A DNA stretch of 64,000 nucleotides from Neodothiora populina (Eukaryota): the NCBI RefSeq assembly GCF_041146345.1, contig NW_027191402.1, forward strand, positions 248,001-312,000, given 5' to 3'. Below, in pieces: positions 10,730 to 22,239 of this stretch. The notes beneath the pieces were generated by a model. The model made no database searches. It was not told where the DNA came from and was given only the letters and a program-made list of their open reading frames with translations. Positions within the stretch are counted from its first letter, which is position 1. Every line of letters begins with the position of its first letter. A program made the position numbers and the translations under genes.

Positions 10730-13700
10730 ATGGATCAGGGGCTAGGTCCGCGGGAAGGACATAGGTTTGACAATGTAATCACCAGTGGCAATGCATTCGG
10801 ACATTATGGAGATTCTACGCACAACATCGGCTCGGCAGCGATCAATTTTTACTATGGTGATTCGATGCGGCAAGTTGCTCCTCCGCCCGAGTTCCATGCG
10901 CTTGGTTCTTTCTTGACACCTCAGCGTCGCGAAGCTGCAGAAATAGGCAGTGCACACAGCATAGCTCGACAACTCGGAGCTATGTTTCGCCCGCTTCTCC
11001 CAGATACACCACAGCTTGTCAAGTCATATGGCAAACGAGCATTCGAGATTGCGGAAAAGGCAAGTCCGATGCTTGATAGCAATATTGGAGCCTTCAAGAA
11101 TATGGCAGGTGTCGATGGTACGAGCATATGGGCTGGCGCCACTTCTGGTCCTAGTTCTATCAAAGTGCACCTTCTTGCTTGCATGCTTGCTAGAATGTGG
11201 GATGCTCCCGAAGCGATTTCTATTTGGGTGGAGTTGGTCCAAGCAAGAAAAGTCGAGCTCGAAAATTCGCTTGTAATAGCCGAATCTGTTGAAGTGTCGC
11301 CCTACCTGGCCTCACGACAGGAGATCAGTCGAGACCTGTTAGCTCAATGGGACAATAGTGCTCGTGCATGGTTGCGCACGGCTGATACAATCATGGATAT
11401 ACCGCAGAAGCATATGGTCACTACCATCGGTGGTATGGCAAATCACGTCAATTCGAAACCAGATCTGTATAACAATGTCATCGGAGTCTGGACGCAAGCT
11501 TTAGAGGACATGGAGCGCCTGGTGTTGGGTTTGCCCATGCAAATGCAATCTGGAGAAGTACTTCTCGCTTTGCTTGCATGGCACCTTTATCCAAAACTGA
11601 ACGTTCTGAACGGGAATATAAGCCAAGCTGACCTATACTAAGACCCTTTAGTGCCGGCGTCTGCCATATTGACTCTAGGACTTGAACTAGCTGATCGGGC
11701 CTCAAGTAAAGACTTGTCTTGGTGTCTTCCTTTGGCTCATCTGAGATACTATGGCGATCCTGTCACACGGAACGTGAAATTTGAGGCTGAGGGGGCTCGT
11801 TTGTCCTTGTTGGAGTTTCAACAAGCATTTCTTGGTTGCAATCTTGGTAGCTGGAACGTCGATACTCGTGATATTGACTTATCTGCGAAGTGGTTGGTGA
11901 CTTTGTCAAAAACTGTCAGGAAGTTGACACCACCGCACGATAAGACTGAACATGAAACCTCTTGGTTATCCATCTGTGAGCATGCGGCACAAGATTTTCT
12001 TGATTCCAAGGGCTACCAGAAGCAAATCAATACACGTTTGATTAACTTGGGTCGAAGATGCAAAGGATTTCTTGGACCATCTGCTCCACCATTTTTTGGC
12101 TTTGTTGATGCTAATAATTTCACTAAGGTCCAAAAGGGACAAGAGAATAAGATCAAGGCTATCCGCCAAATCACAACAAGATCGACGGTGCACGCCGAGG
12201 ACGTCAGAATCATGTACCTCGCAGGAACTAAAGAAGATGTAGAATATGCCACTGCCAAACCTCTACCTCATATGTCTTTGAAACGGACGTCATCCAAAGC
12301 AACTAAAGAGAGCTTACGCCACATTCGCTGGATACATAGCCAGCCGCATCATGATCCGTATGATCGCGCAGGACTTCTAGATGCCACATACTACAGCAAT
12401 GTCATGCCTGGTGTACAAGAACCTGTCGGTTTTGATCCAGAAGCAAGATTCCGAGAACAGAAGGATCGCTATGAGCTTCTTGGGGAGTCAGTGGAACCTG
12501 TGGAGGCTAACATGTGGAGACACGGAGGGTATGTCTTCCATGAACGTCCTTATTCCATGAACATTTGGTTCGGCGATTCCGAGACAAGAGTACTAATCAC
12601 GAAGTCTCGGGAGCCGGCTTTTCTACCCTTTGCCATGCTATCTGAACTACATTTTTGCTTTGACAAAAACACCATTGAGGTTACGGCGTGTGTTGATGTT
12701 CTCTTCGATACTTTACGTGAACAATATCCCGATTATCTTATCTCTCTGAAGGCTATCTCGACCATAACACGGATGTACACCCGTGCTCCGGGAGCAACAA
12801 TTGATGTGAGAGTACTAGATATGTGCTTACCAGCTATGGAATGGACGTTCGATGATGTCGTCCAGCCACTTGGTGTTGAGAAAAAGACCTTTCGTTTCAG
12901 GGAGGTTCCCCGAGACTGGCCGGACGACCTATGTGTCCCAACAACAATCGGCGAGCCACCTACTCTCGTCGAGTGCGCGGAAGACGGACTCGTTCCCGAT
13001 GATGAATTGGATGAGTCAGTACTGGGATCACTCCAGTCAATCCTGAAATCACCCTTGTTAAGTCGCAGCCGATCGTTCTCATGCTTGTTGGCATTCGAAT
13101 CTGGAAAGCATAACATTTCGCCCAAGCAAATACGCAATGTAATAGCTATATCAAGCGGGGACTCGTTGTTCATCGCTGCTTCACTCATAACAGACCCTTT
13201 GAAAGAGTGCGACGAGGCAGATGTTCGTCACGTCATCGGGAATATCGGCAAAGCCGGCATTGCCTTACTTGTACCGCCGCAGACATCGAGAATGCTACGT
13301 GTGGGCCTCGAAACATGGAATATCCAGAACTACGACGATTGGAATGGTGAGCTCCGGGACTCCTTCCAGGATACCACACTACACTTTCGTCTCACCGGTG
13401 CATGCCTTCCTGTTGATACTGGCAACAGGGGTCTGCACGACGCCGAGCTAAATATTTTAGAGGCCGTGGTTTCTGTACATGGCAAGGGGAAGTGGATTGC
13501 AGATCTAGACATATTGAAAGATCTTCAGCCGTCAGCAAAGCTCCGTCGAGACGGCTCGTCGAGCCATGGCACTGCGCCGTGCGACGATACTCATTGCAGT
13601 TATGGTCACAAAAAGTCATATGACTTTGAGGCATGGAGCCTGCAGACCATAGAGAACTGGAATGAATTGCTAGGAGATGTCTCATCGGGTACAATCATAC

Positions 13701-13852
13701 TGGCTACTGGGAATTGGCAGGCTCGTCTAGCAGCCACTGTGATTAGTGTGGCAAAGGGGAGGAGAGTGTTTGTTATTGGGGACGATAGTTGCTGGGTTTG
13801 CATAGAGGGTCGCTCTTCATTGCTTAGTAGTAATGTTACGGTCGTAGCTTGA
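10730..13852 (+). CDS. Large (~1040 codon) uncharacterised fungal protein with N-terminal HRAM R0 amyloid motif; interrupted by one in-frame TAA (possible pseudogene allele or sequence error)
   Basis: ORFs 10730-11641 and 11651-13852 are in the same frame, separated only by TAA 11639-11641; protein-like sequence on both sides; no GxxxxGK[ST] P-loop and no recognisable tandem repeats. Confidence 0.78.
10757..10819 (+). other. N-terminal amyloid signalling motif R0 (aa 10-30)
   Basis: GHRFDNVITSGNAFGHYGDST aligns ungapped to R1 and R2 of the neighbouring HeLo protein. Confidence 0.8.
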
Positions 13853-16800
13853 TAAATGATGTCGGATGCGCCGAGGTGTCTATGCCCGAGGGAAAAGAAA
13901 GGGACGAGGGTAATAACCACACTGTTGCTGTATTAGATCCCGGATCACAACAAGGAAAATTCCAAGGTAATGTTGAATCTCAAGTCTTACCACATTCAAG
14001 ATTTATTCCACACGTTGAAAAGCGTTCGACGTACTGTACCTACTGTACCTCCAGATTGGCAGGTCTGTAATAGGCCTACCAATCAGTCAGACCTTACAAG
14101 CAACTCTAGTTTTTAGAACGTTCACCTACAGTAGATAGACTAAAGAAAAACTAGAGTCCATAGCACTATATGCCTCCCAAGTCTTTTTGACTTTTTGATA
14201 CCACAACCCCTCGAGGATCACAATTCCGAAACAGACAATGCCATCACCACCTTACAAACCCAAAGTAGCCGCACTCCATCTCAAACACTTAAATGGTTCA
14301 AGACACAGAACCCAGATAGATTTTCCTAATCCATCACAACAGCATCCTCTTGTAGGAAAACCCAAAATCGTGGCTGGCTAACATCAAGGATATACGAGGC
14401 CTCTCGGCTCAGCCAAGAAGTCCACAAGTTGGCGTGTACGCAATTCAGTCACCTCGCCCACTGCTCTTGACTGAAGGGAAAAGGTATATATCTTGTATCC
14501 TGCATTTCCCTCTCATGATCTCGAGTCAAAGCAGAGCAGAAGCATGAGTCTCGTTTCTTGTTTTGAAATATTATGCTACAAAGTTAACATAGAATCCGGA
14601 TGCGAGTCCGATGGAGTCTTGGCTTCTCTATCCCCGAGTAGGAAGGTTACCACTTACAGTACTTACTGTATAATGCCATTTCCTTGGTCCATTTCTCGGG
14701 GACACGGAAGCAGGGCTTGTCATGATTAATATCGAACGTATATAAAAAGCAGACGTACAGTAAAGATCACATGAAGGACATGGGTTGAGATCGGAAGTGA
14801 ACAGAGCCGAGCGAGAGCTGTGGGGCGGGGGCGCGTGTCAGCACACATAACGACGTTCCGAAGATCGATTTGTCTCTCTTCAGTCTGGAGAAAGGCTCTC
14901 AGGCGAACGAGAACGATTTTCTGAATAGACTGCAGAGATAGACAGGGTTCGTGCATCGTTGTTTTACCCAATCAGTGGATCAAGTAGGTTGTACGAATGA
15001 ACGTAAAGTAGGTACTTCTGATACTTGTACGGTACATGCAGATGCATGCATACACACCGTACATATAACAAACGAAGATAAGCGGGTACGGAGTGGCGCG
15101 AACTACAGAGGAGGATTCTAGGCTTGATTGTTATTGAAGATGAGCCGAAAGTGGTGCTTGCTACCCTTCAGTAGCCGAACAACACTATGCACCTTTCTAT
15201 TACGGCACCTTTAGGCTCTGTACCTTAATCTTGTACACTACTTTCTCATGGTGTCAATCTCGGTGAGGAATGGCTCTGACGTGTCCAGTCCATAGCGTGT
15301 GGGTTTTCTTCCATCTTATCGGGCCGTGGAGCTTCCTTTGTTTACGCAGCGAAATATTGTATACATAGATTATCTGATGTGCATGGCGAATGATTTCGCC
15401 TTCTGACACGTGGCGGACTGCTCGTACTTCGTATGATCGATAAGCATCTGAATCAAAGATGGACGTCGGCCATTCGCAAGCAGGCGTGCGGCTCTTCTTA
15501 GCGCCCGGCACGTTATGAAACCTGCCATCTGCTTCGTCGATCCGAAAGCATGTAGTGGAAGCCGGATCAAATGCTCTGGATGGCGTCACGCTCAGGTGGT
15601 GCACATCATCAATGGATGTGATGCTTCCTCGGTCCATATTCTTGTCATTAAACATGCCATGATCCCGCAGATAATTTGGCGATATGACCGCGCCTCTTGC
15701 GTGCTATACAGCATGTACAAGCGCTGTAACATCCAATCGCCCGATTAATGTCCCAGCCTCGGTTTGCGGGTCCATACAGAAGCATATAAACTGCATCATT
15801 ACTACAATAAGCTAAGGCTACCTCGATTGCTGTAGACGCAGCTTCCCGTGATTGCTCACTACTGCCAATTGCGAGCGCGCGTCCTTTACGAATGGATAAA
15901 CGTCAAAGTAGTGGGCTTTGCCAGTAGCGCAGCTGGCGTCTTCGTTTGACACGGCTTGAAACTTCATAGTGTTGTTACCATCCCGCCGACCTGGCTCGCT
16001 GCTGTAGACTGACCGAGCAAGATCACTGATGGATCGTGATGAGGAGACCAGGGTAGAGCCCAGCACCATGCTGGGGATAATATGGGGAATGGCTAGAGTT
16101 GCTGCAGGGCGTTCAGAATCTGGGTCTTCCAGACTGGGGACACAACCAGCTGTGGTACGCGCCGAGACGTCACCTTCGATGCAATCACAAATGCATACTC
16201 AAAGAAATCGTAGAAGCGAAGACACGAGGGAGCAAATATTCTTGGATGCTGACCAGGTGCATGGTCATTTATGCGCTGGCGTGAAGATACGCATTCGGCA
16301 GACCTTAATGTCGAGGCCCGTAAGGTTACTCACGTGTGATGAGCTACCCAACAAATCATATTTTCGCGCGTTAGGCTAGACAACTGTGTTGCAGTCGTAG
16401 AGGCCCGGCGGACTGGTGAGATTGCCGTCCATGGATGTTGCACGAGACGGCGTCCTGAGCAGTTCTCATCGAATACTGACATTCAAGTGGAGGATGACAT
16501 TGGACCAGCACTGTTTCGAGCTTTGCACAGAGAGCAGTCAGGCCCAGAGGAGAGGCTCGACCCGGACATAGGTGGCACGACAAAAGTAAATACATGTACC
16601 GCTTGCAGAATAGCTCTGTCAAAGGATCACGTATCCTGACGCTCGCTTCGATGTCATCTCGGCAGACTGGACAGTAACCGAGCTGCAAGCTGTGAAGCAT
16701 GCAGTGGAATGCACGCACGGATTGGCTGCTCTGGTACTGGACAAGATCCGGATGAAATACTTCAATCAATCTTGGGGCGAGCTTCACATGGCGTGACGAG

Positions 16801-17329
16801 CGGTCGGGAAGGGTCTCCCAACTCGAGATACAAGAAAGCTGTGAGGCACCACAATAATGCATTATACGGCCGTGCACTGCGCATGTAACAAGCTCTAGGT
16901 TGGGTGCACATTAATGCGGGATGGCGGAAAGCTCGAGCCGTGAACATGTGAAAGCTGTGCCAAGATAAACCTGACATTGTAGGTGAAGGACGTCACTGTC
17001 ACATGCAAGTAAGTATTTCACATGCATTTGTTGAAAGTTGCAGGCACGTTTGTGAGCTCATGCCGTGTAAAATGCAGGAGGGAGATAACACAATGACCGC
17101 GCCCCTTCACCTATCTATCTCCTTCATATTGATCTCATCTCCCACCTGAATCCTCTGACCTTCACCCTGTTACCTTTTCTTCATCTCAGTGCTTGACCAC
17201 AGCGCTTTGCAAAGCTAGATACCGTAATCAACAATCGATTCTTTCGTCGACAGATAAGTAGGTCCATGTAGCTATACCTATGGCTGTTTCCTCGTATAAA
17301 AGCTCATTAGCTGATTTGAGCCCAGTCAA

Positions 17330-18090
17330 ATGCCTCACGCAGAAAGCGACATGTCTACCACCGTCACCAATGGCGATAAGACGTCATTCCAGACTCTAGG
17401 AGTGAGTGCGCGATTGATAAGAAGACGAAAAGCACATCCACTGACTCTAATCACCTTTGCCAGCACATCAAGTCTTACCCTGTTGTTTCGGACTCCATCG
17501 ATGCCGTCAAGTCTCACCCATATGGTGCGAAGTCATTCGAGTTTGCCGACGCTGCTTACGACCGCTTTGGCAAGCCAATTGAGCCTTATCTCAAAGGCCC
17601 TTATGCATACGCTAAGCCTTACGTTGAGAAGGCAGACTCGCTCGGTGACAAAGGGTTGGGCAAGCTCGACTCAACCTTCCCAATTGTCAAGGAAGACACT
17701 CAGACTCTCGTCTCCACCGCCAAGAGCTACGCATTCTATCCTCTAGAGTTTGCAGGCAAGGGCCGTGACTACCTCTACAGCACATGGAACGATGAGTACA
17801 GCAAGACTGCCAGCCGCAACGATCGCGGTGATGGCCTCTTGACTCTTGCATTTGCCGGTGTTTCAACAGTGTTGAAGATCCAGCAGGACGCCCTGAACAC
17901 TGTCTCGGACTATCTTGGTCCCAAGAAGGACGCTGCCAAGGCGAAGAAGGATGTCTATGTTGACGGAGCTAAGAAGAAGAAGAATTCTTACAGCGATGAT
18001 GCAAAGGGTCTGTTGGATTCTTACACCAAGAAGGCTCAGGCCACGGCAGACGATGTCAGTGCCAAAGCACAGGACAAGACGTCTTCTTGA
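17330..18090 (+). CDS. Perilipin-like lipid droplet protein (CAP20/MPL1 family)
   Basis: Spliced MPHAESDM...|HIKSYPVVSDSIDAVKSHPYG...PYVEKADSLGDKGLGKLDSTFPIVKEDT; intron about 17402-17463. Confidence 0.85.
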
Positions 18091-19295
18091 AGGACTTACT
18101 GAATTGCCTATTGCAATGGGACCTAACGCCATTCCTGACGTTCGACTTGTGCCTGTATCCGATCAGCCCCTGGTTGCTGATCCGACAACATCGGCTGTGA
18201 TACGGCCATCTCAGTGCAGTATTCAAACGACATCTGATTTCGCCGTCGACCTGGCCTCTTCTGCCACACAAGCCCAGCGACTATGGGAGCAGTTCAAGGA
18301 AAAGCAATGTGATTTCTCTGAGCTTGACAGGGCTTCAGATCGGGCTGTAGAAAATTTATATGCTGCATCTCTGGCGGTTCAGTGTTTCTTCAACTATCAG
18401 GGCGCCACTACTGCATCTCCTTGTTGACTAATGCCCTGAGGGAGACCTGCGGGTTGTTCTCCCAACCGAAAATCATTGAAGGAAGCGAACTTTCGTTGTT
18501 CATGGTTTTCATTGCTGTTTTTGCCTGATTATACTGTTCTACTATTCACCCTCCGCTACGCTTCTGACTAGGCAGTTGCGCTAATAGATTTGTTTCTGAC
18601 TCCATCGTTGTCTCTCGACTTAATCTCTTGCAATGCTCGATGAGTACTGAAGAGAGCAGCAAGGCACCGTGACGGGGACATTGTTTCCACCCCGTCCTTG
18701 TCTTGACGTTGAGCTTACGTGGTTAGTTCCCGAGAAGTTGCCAGTTTGTCATCCAGCAAGGACGAGCCCTGGTTGCGTGCAGGATGATAGCATGGATGGG
18801 ACGACACACGGTCGGTGTCACAGCTTGTATGTTCGTAGGTAAGTACCTACCTTACTACCTAGATATTTGCAGTACGAGAATAAACGCAGGTACGTACTGA
18901 CAACGGTGAGGTAGGGGTCTCCTATACTGCACAGTCATCACAGGCAAGGTAGGTACAGTAGGTATGCTCGGTTAGGTATCTTGGGTTACCAGGCAGGCCA
19001 TCGAGGTACATGTTGTGGAATGGTCAGATCGTCAGGCCGAAATGCGGCTGCCTCATTAGGGCATGGCAGGAGCTAAGCGTCGCCAAGCATGCACGTCTGA
19101 AGCCCTGAGATACTTGTACAATGACAGCAGCCTCCGTGCTTCAACGTCACAGAAGTGCTATACCATAAATCAGGCAGTTGTAGAGAAAGCTGTCGCACCA
19201 TTCTACCAGCGATCTTGTTGTAAATCCACCTCTCACTTAATAACCACATAACATCGAAACATCGAATCAGTCCTGTTGGCCTCAGCCCCGTCAGT

Positions 19296-19677
19296 ATGAT
19301 AGACGAACGCGAGTTGATGATCAACCCCATTGTACAGGAGAGCGTAGCGCACAATGCGAGAGTAACACTCTCCGCGATCCCTTACACGTTCCCTTCGCTG
19401 ACATGACCAACAGACAGTCTCGAATATCCGGTCACTTACAGCTTCATTGTTCGGCGTCGCAGCTGGCACACTCGGCCTCGAGTCACTCCCTGGCTTTCTC
19501 TTCTACGCAATCGGCACCATTATCGTCTCGCTCTTAATATTCGTTACGCGCACCGAGGCCAACCCGAAAGGCTTCTTCCACTCGCCAATTGCAGATCTGT
19601 GGATAGGGGATGCCTTCGGTGGATTGATGAGCTTCGTGCTTACGTGGACGCTATTTTACGGTCTGGTGCGAGCATGA
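19296..19677 (+). CDS. EMC6: ER membrane protein complex subunit 6
   Basis: MIDERELMINPIVQESVAHNAR|TVSNIRSLTASLFGVAAGTLGLES...FVLTWTLFYGLV; one intron. Confidence 0.88.
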
Positions 19678-20425
19678 GCAGCCGTCGAGGAAATGCTGGG
19701 GAATAGAAACTACAGAGGACACATCTACGATTGGTTCTCTGCTAAGACAAGCAAGTCGGAGTCGAAACTCTCGCCGCCTTCGTAGAAGGATCACCTTCGC
19801 GGCAGACGAGGTCGAGCTATCCTATACAAAGCTGGTCGCTTGCGCGCTACAGCGATTATATGTGCTAGGAATTCCTGGCGCCCTCTGGAAGCCTATGGCG
19901 CTTGATACTTGGAATCGATACATGGACGGCCATAACGAATCTGGCATTTACATGTCCTATGTATTCGTTGTCTAAACTATGATACCCTAATCAAGGCGAT
20001 GCAAGACGCGCCATTGTCATTATTCAACTGTGTGCCACATCATTCGTCGATACTGCGAAGGAATGCCAAGTGCTATTTTTATCATAACCATCTTCAATGA
20101 AGACCCAGATATATGCAAGCAATGTGACGGAAGCTTGGGGCTAAAGAAGACCATATATGTTCACACTGTAGCAGGTCCTGTATGTGCATCAAGGACCTAT
20201 AAAACATAATGGTCTGGCTATCTCGCTCTCCAGCTTCCCTGAGATACCTGTCAATGTTGGTTCCATGACTACTAGCTTTTGGTGAAGTAGGTTGTCTATG
20301 AAGACCGAGGTAGGTACTGTATCTTAAGGTCCAGTATGGAGGCGGCCGACGAAAAGTACCCCACACAGCAACGACCACGTCCAGGCTTTACCCAACGTGG
20401 CTTAGAGAGAAAGTGCAGGTAATTA

Positions 20426-20471
20426 ACGCGTCAAGCTTTCGCATCTCGCGCAGCGCGTTTGGATTCCGCGT
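20426..20471. promoter_or_regulatory. MCB element (ACGCGT) plus CGCG cluster upstream of PCNA
   Basis: ACGCGT at 20426-20431 followed by three further CGCG cores, about 200 bp upstream of the PCNA start. Confidence 0.6.
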
Positions 20472-20632
20472 CATCTGGTTCCCACAGCAAACACTTTCTT
20501 CTTGCACACATCTCTCCCTCATTTGTGACAACAAACACACCACTCCCTATACCTCTCCGATCTTCAATCAGTCTCAGCCTATCCAGTACTACCTCATTCA
20601 CTTAGACATCCAAACCACTACAACTACTCACA

Positions 20633-21642
20633 AGTATGTATTCGCCACCACTCGCGACCTGTCGATACCAGCTGACATTTGTACGCAGTGCTTGAAGCAC
20701 GTCTCGAACAGGCCAACCTTCTCAAGAAGGTACGTTTCACAACTGAAGGATTTGCTACACAGCTCAACACCGGCTGACATGTGTCAAGGTGGTCGATGCC
20801 ATCAAGGATCTCGTCCAGGACTGCAACTTCGACTGCAATGACACGGGTGTCGCCCTCCAAGCCATGGACAACTCGCACGTCGCACTTGTCTCGATGATGC
20901 TCAAGTCCGAGTCTTTCTCCCCTTACCGATGCGATCGCAACATCGCTCTCGGCATCAACCTTACCTCTCTGCAAAAGGTCTTGCGCGCTGCTCAGCCGAA
21001 CGACATCCTTACCCTCAAGGCCGAGGACTCTCCCGATGTTGTCAACATTGTCTTCGAGAGCGCAGACAGCGACAGAATCAGCGAATACGATATCAAGCTC
21101 ATGGACATTGATCAAGAGCATTTGGGAATCCCTGATACCGAATACGCTGCCACCATTGAGATGCCAGCTGCCGAGTTTCAGCGCATTTGTAGAGATCTGT
21201 CGGCTCTCTCCGAGTCTGGTAAGTGACCTGTCGCACTCTTCGGTCTCCAAATATCCGTGCTAATATACGTATCATCACAGTCGCCATCGAGTGCACCAAG
21301 GAAGGTGTCAGCTTCAAGTGCAACGGAGACATTGGTTCAGGATCAGTCACCCTCCGCCAGCACAGCAACGTAGAGAAGCCGGATCAAGACGTCGAGATCA
21401 CAATGAGTGAGCCTGTTGCGCTCACCTTCTCCCTCAAATACCTCGTCAACTTCTGCAAAGCCAGCGGGTTGTCAGAGAGAGTCAGATTGTGCCTTTCAGA
21501 CGAGGTGCCGCTGCTTGTTGAATACGCACTTTCGAGCAACAGTTACCTTCGATTCTATCTCGCACCCAAGGTCAGTTTTAGCACGCATGCATTTCCACAT
21601 TGGCCCGACTAACAGCCCACATAGATTGGTGATGAGGAGTAG
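20633..21642 (+). CDS. POL30: Proliferating cell nuclear antigen
   Basis: A|TG start split by intron 20634-20688 gives [38 protein letters not shown] and [13 protein letters not shown]; four introns. Confidence 0.97.
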
Positions 21643-22239
21643 TCTATGGTATGTAGGGGACTTTTGTTATAGCATGGTACGGGTGTTAGTGGCGTTAATG
21701 TCATGAATGCTTTTCGACGAAAAGCTATTACATGGCCTGATGAGGGGCAATTGCCGCGGTTGGCCATCCTTTAGAAATGAGCTTGGTTGTGCCACGTCTT
21801 TACATACAATGGGGAATAATCTGAATGATCGTTGATCTGATCTATCTCGCGTGTTGTGCCTTGGCCTTTTTCATTTCGTCTCTCTTTCCGAGCGACTTCG
21901 ACTATCTTACCTTCAGGCTGCACTGCCAATACATAAATAAATGGGTGGGTTAAAGGCCGTGCTTGATTCGAGTGCCCCGCATGCCATGACTCTTGAAGCC
22001 CTTGAAGTCAATTAACCGCAGTATGTGACGAGCCCTTGCAGTCACCTTTCACCCCTCCGCTATCGCCTAATCTTATCTTTTGTATGTCTTAGTACTCGAG
22101 TCCAAGAAATAAATCACCGCTTGCATCCTTCAAACTGTATACCCCGGTTGATCCTCATCGACTCTTCTAAATCTAAGACTTTGTTTCAAAGTCATTAGCG
22201 ATTCATCACATCCTCCGTCTTTGCAATTGGGGGTTCGTC

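Noticed and set aside
13230..13262. GNIGKAG as a possible Walker A motif in the R0 protein
   Set aside because: It does not fit GxxxxGK[ST], lies near the C-terminus and has no accompanying Walker B or NACHT motifs.
13900..17300. Short ORFs (e.g. 15254-15655, 16371-16877) as genes, pseudogenes or transposon relics
   Set aside because: No recognisable motifs, terminal repeats or consistent exon chain; a decayed gene cannot be excluded without a search.
18115..18427. ORF immediately downstream of the perilipin stop
   Set aside because: No motif support; most likely 3' UTR.
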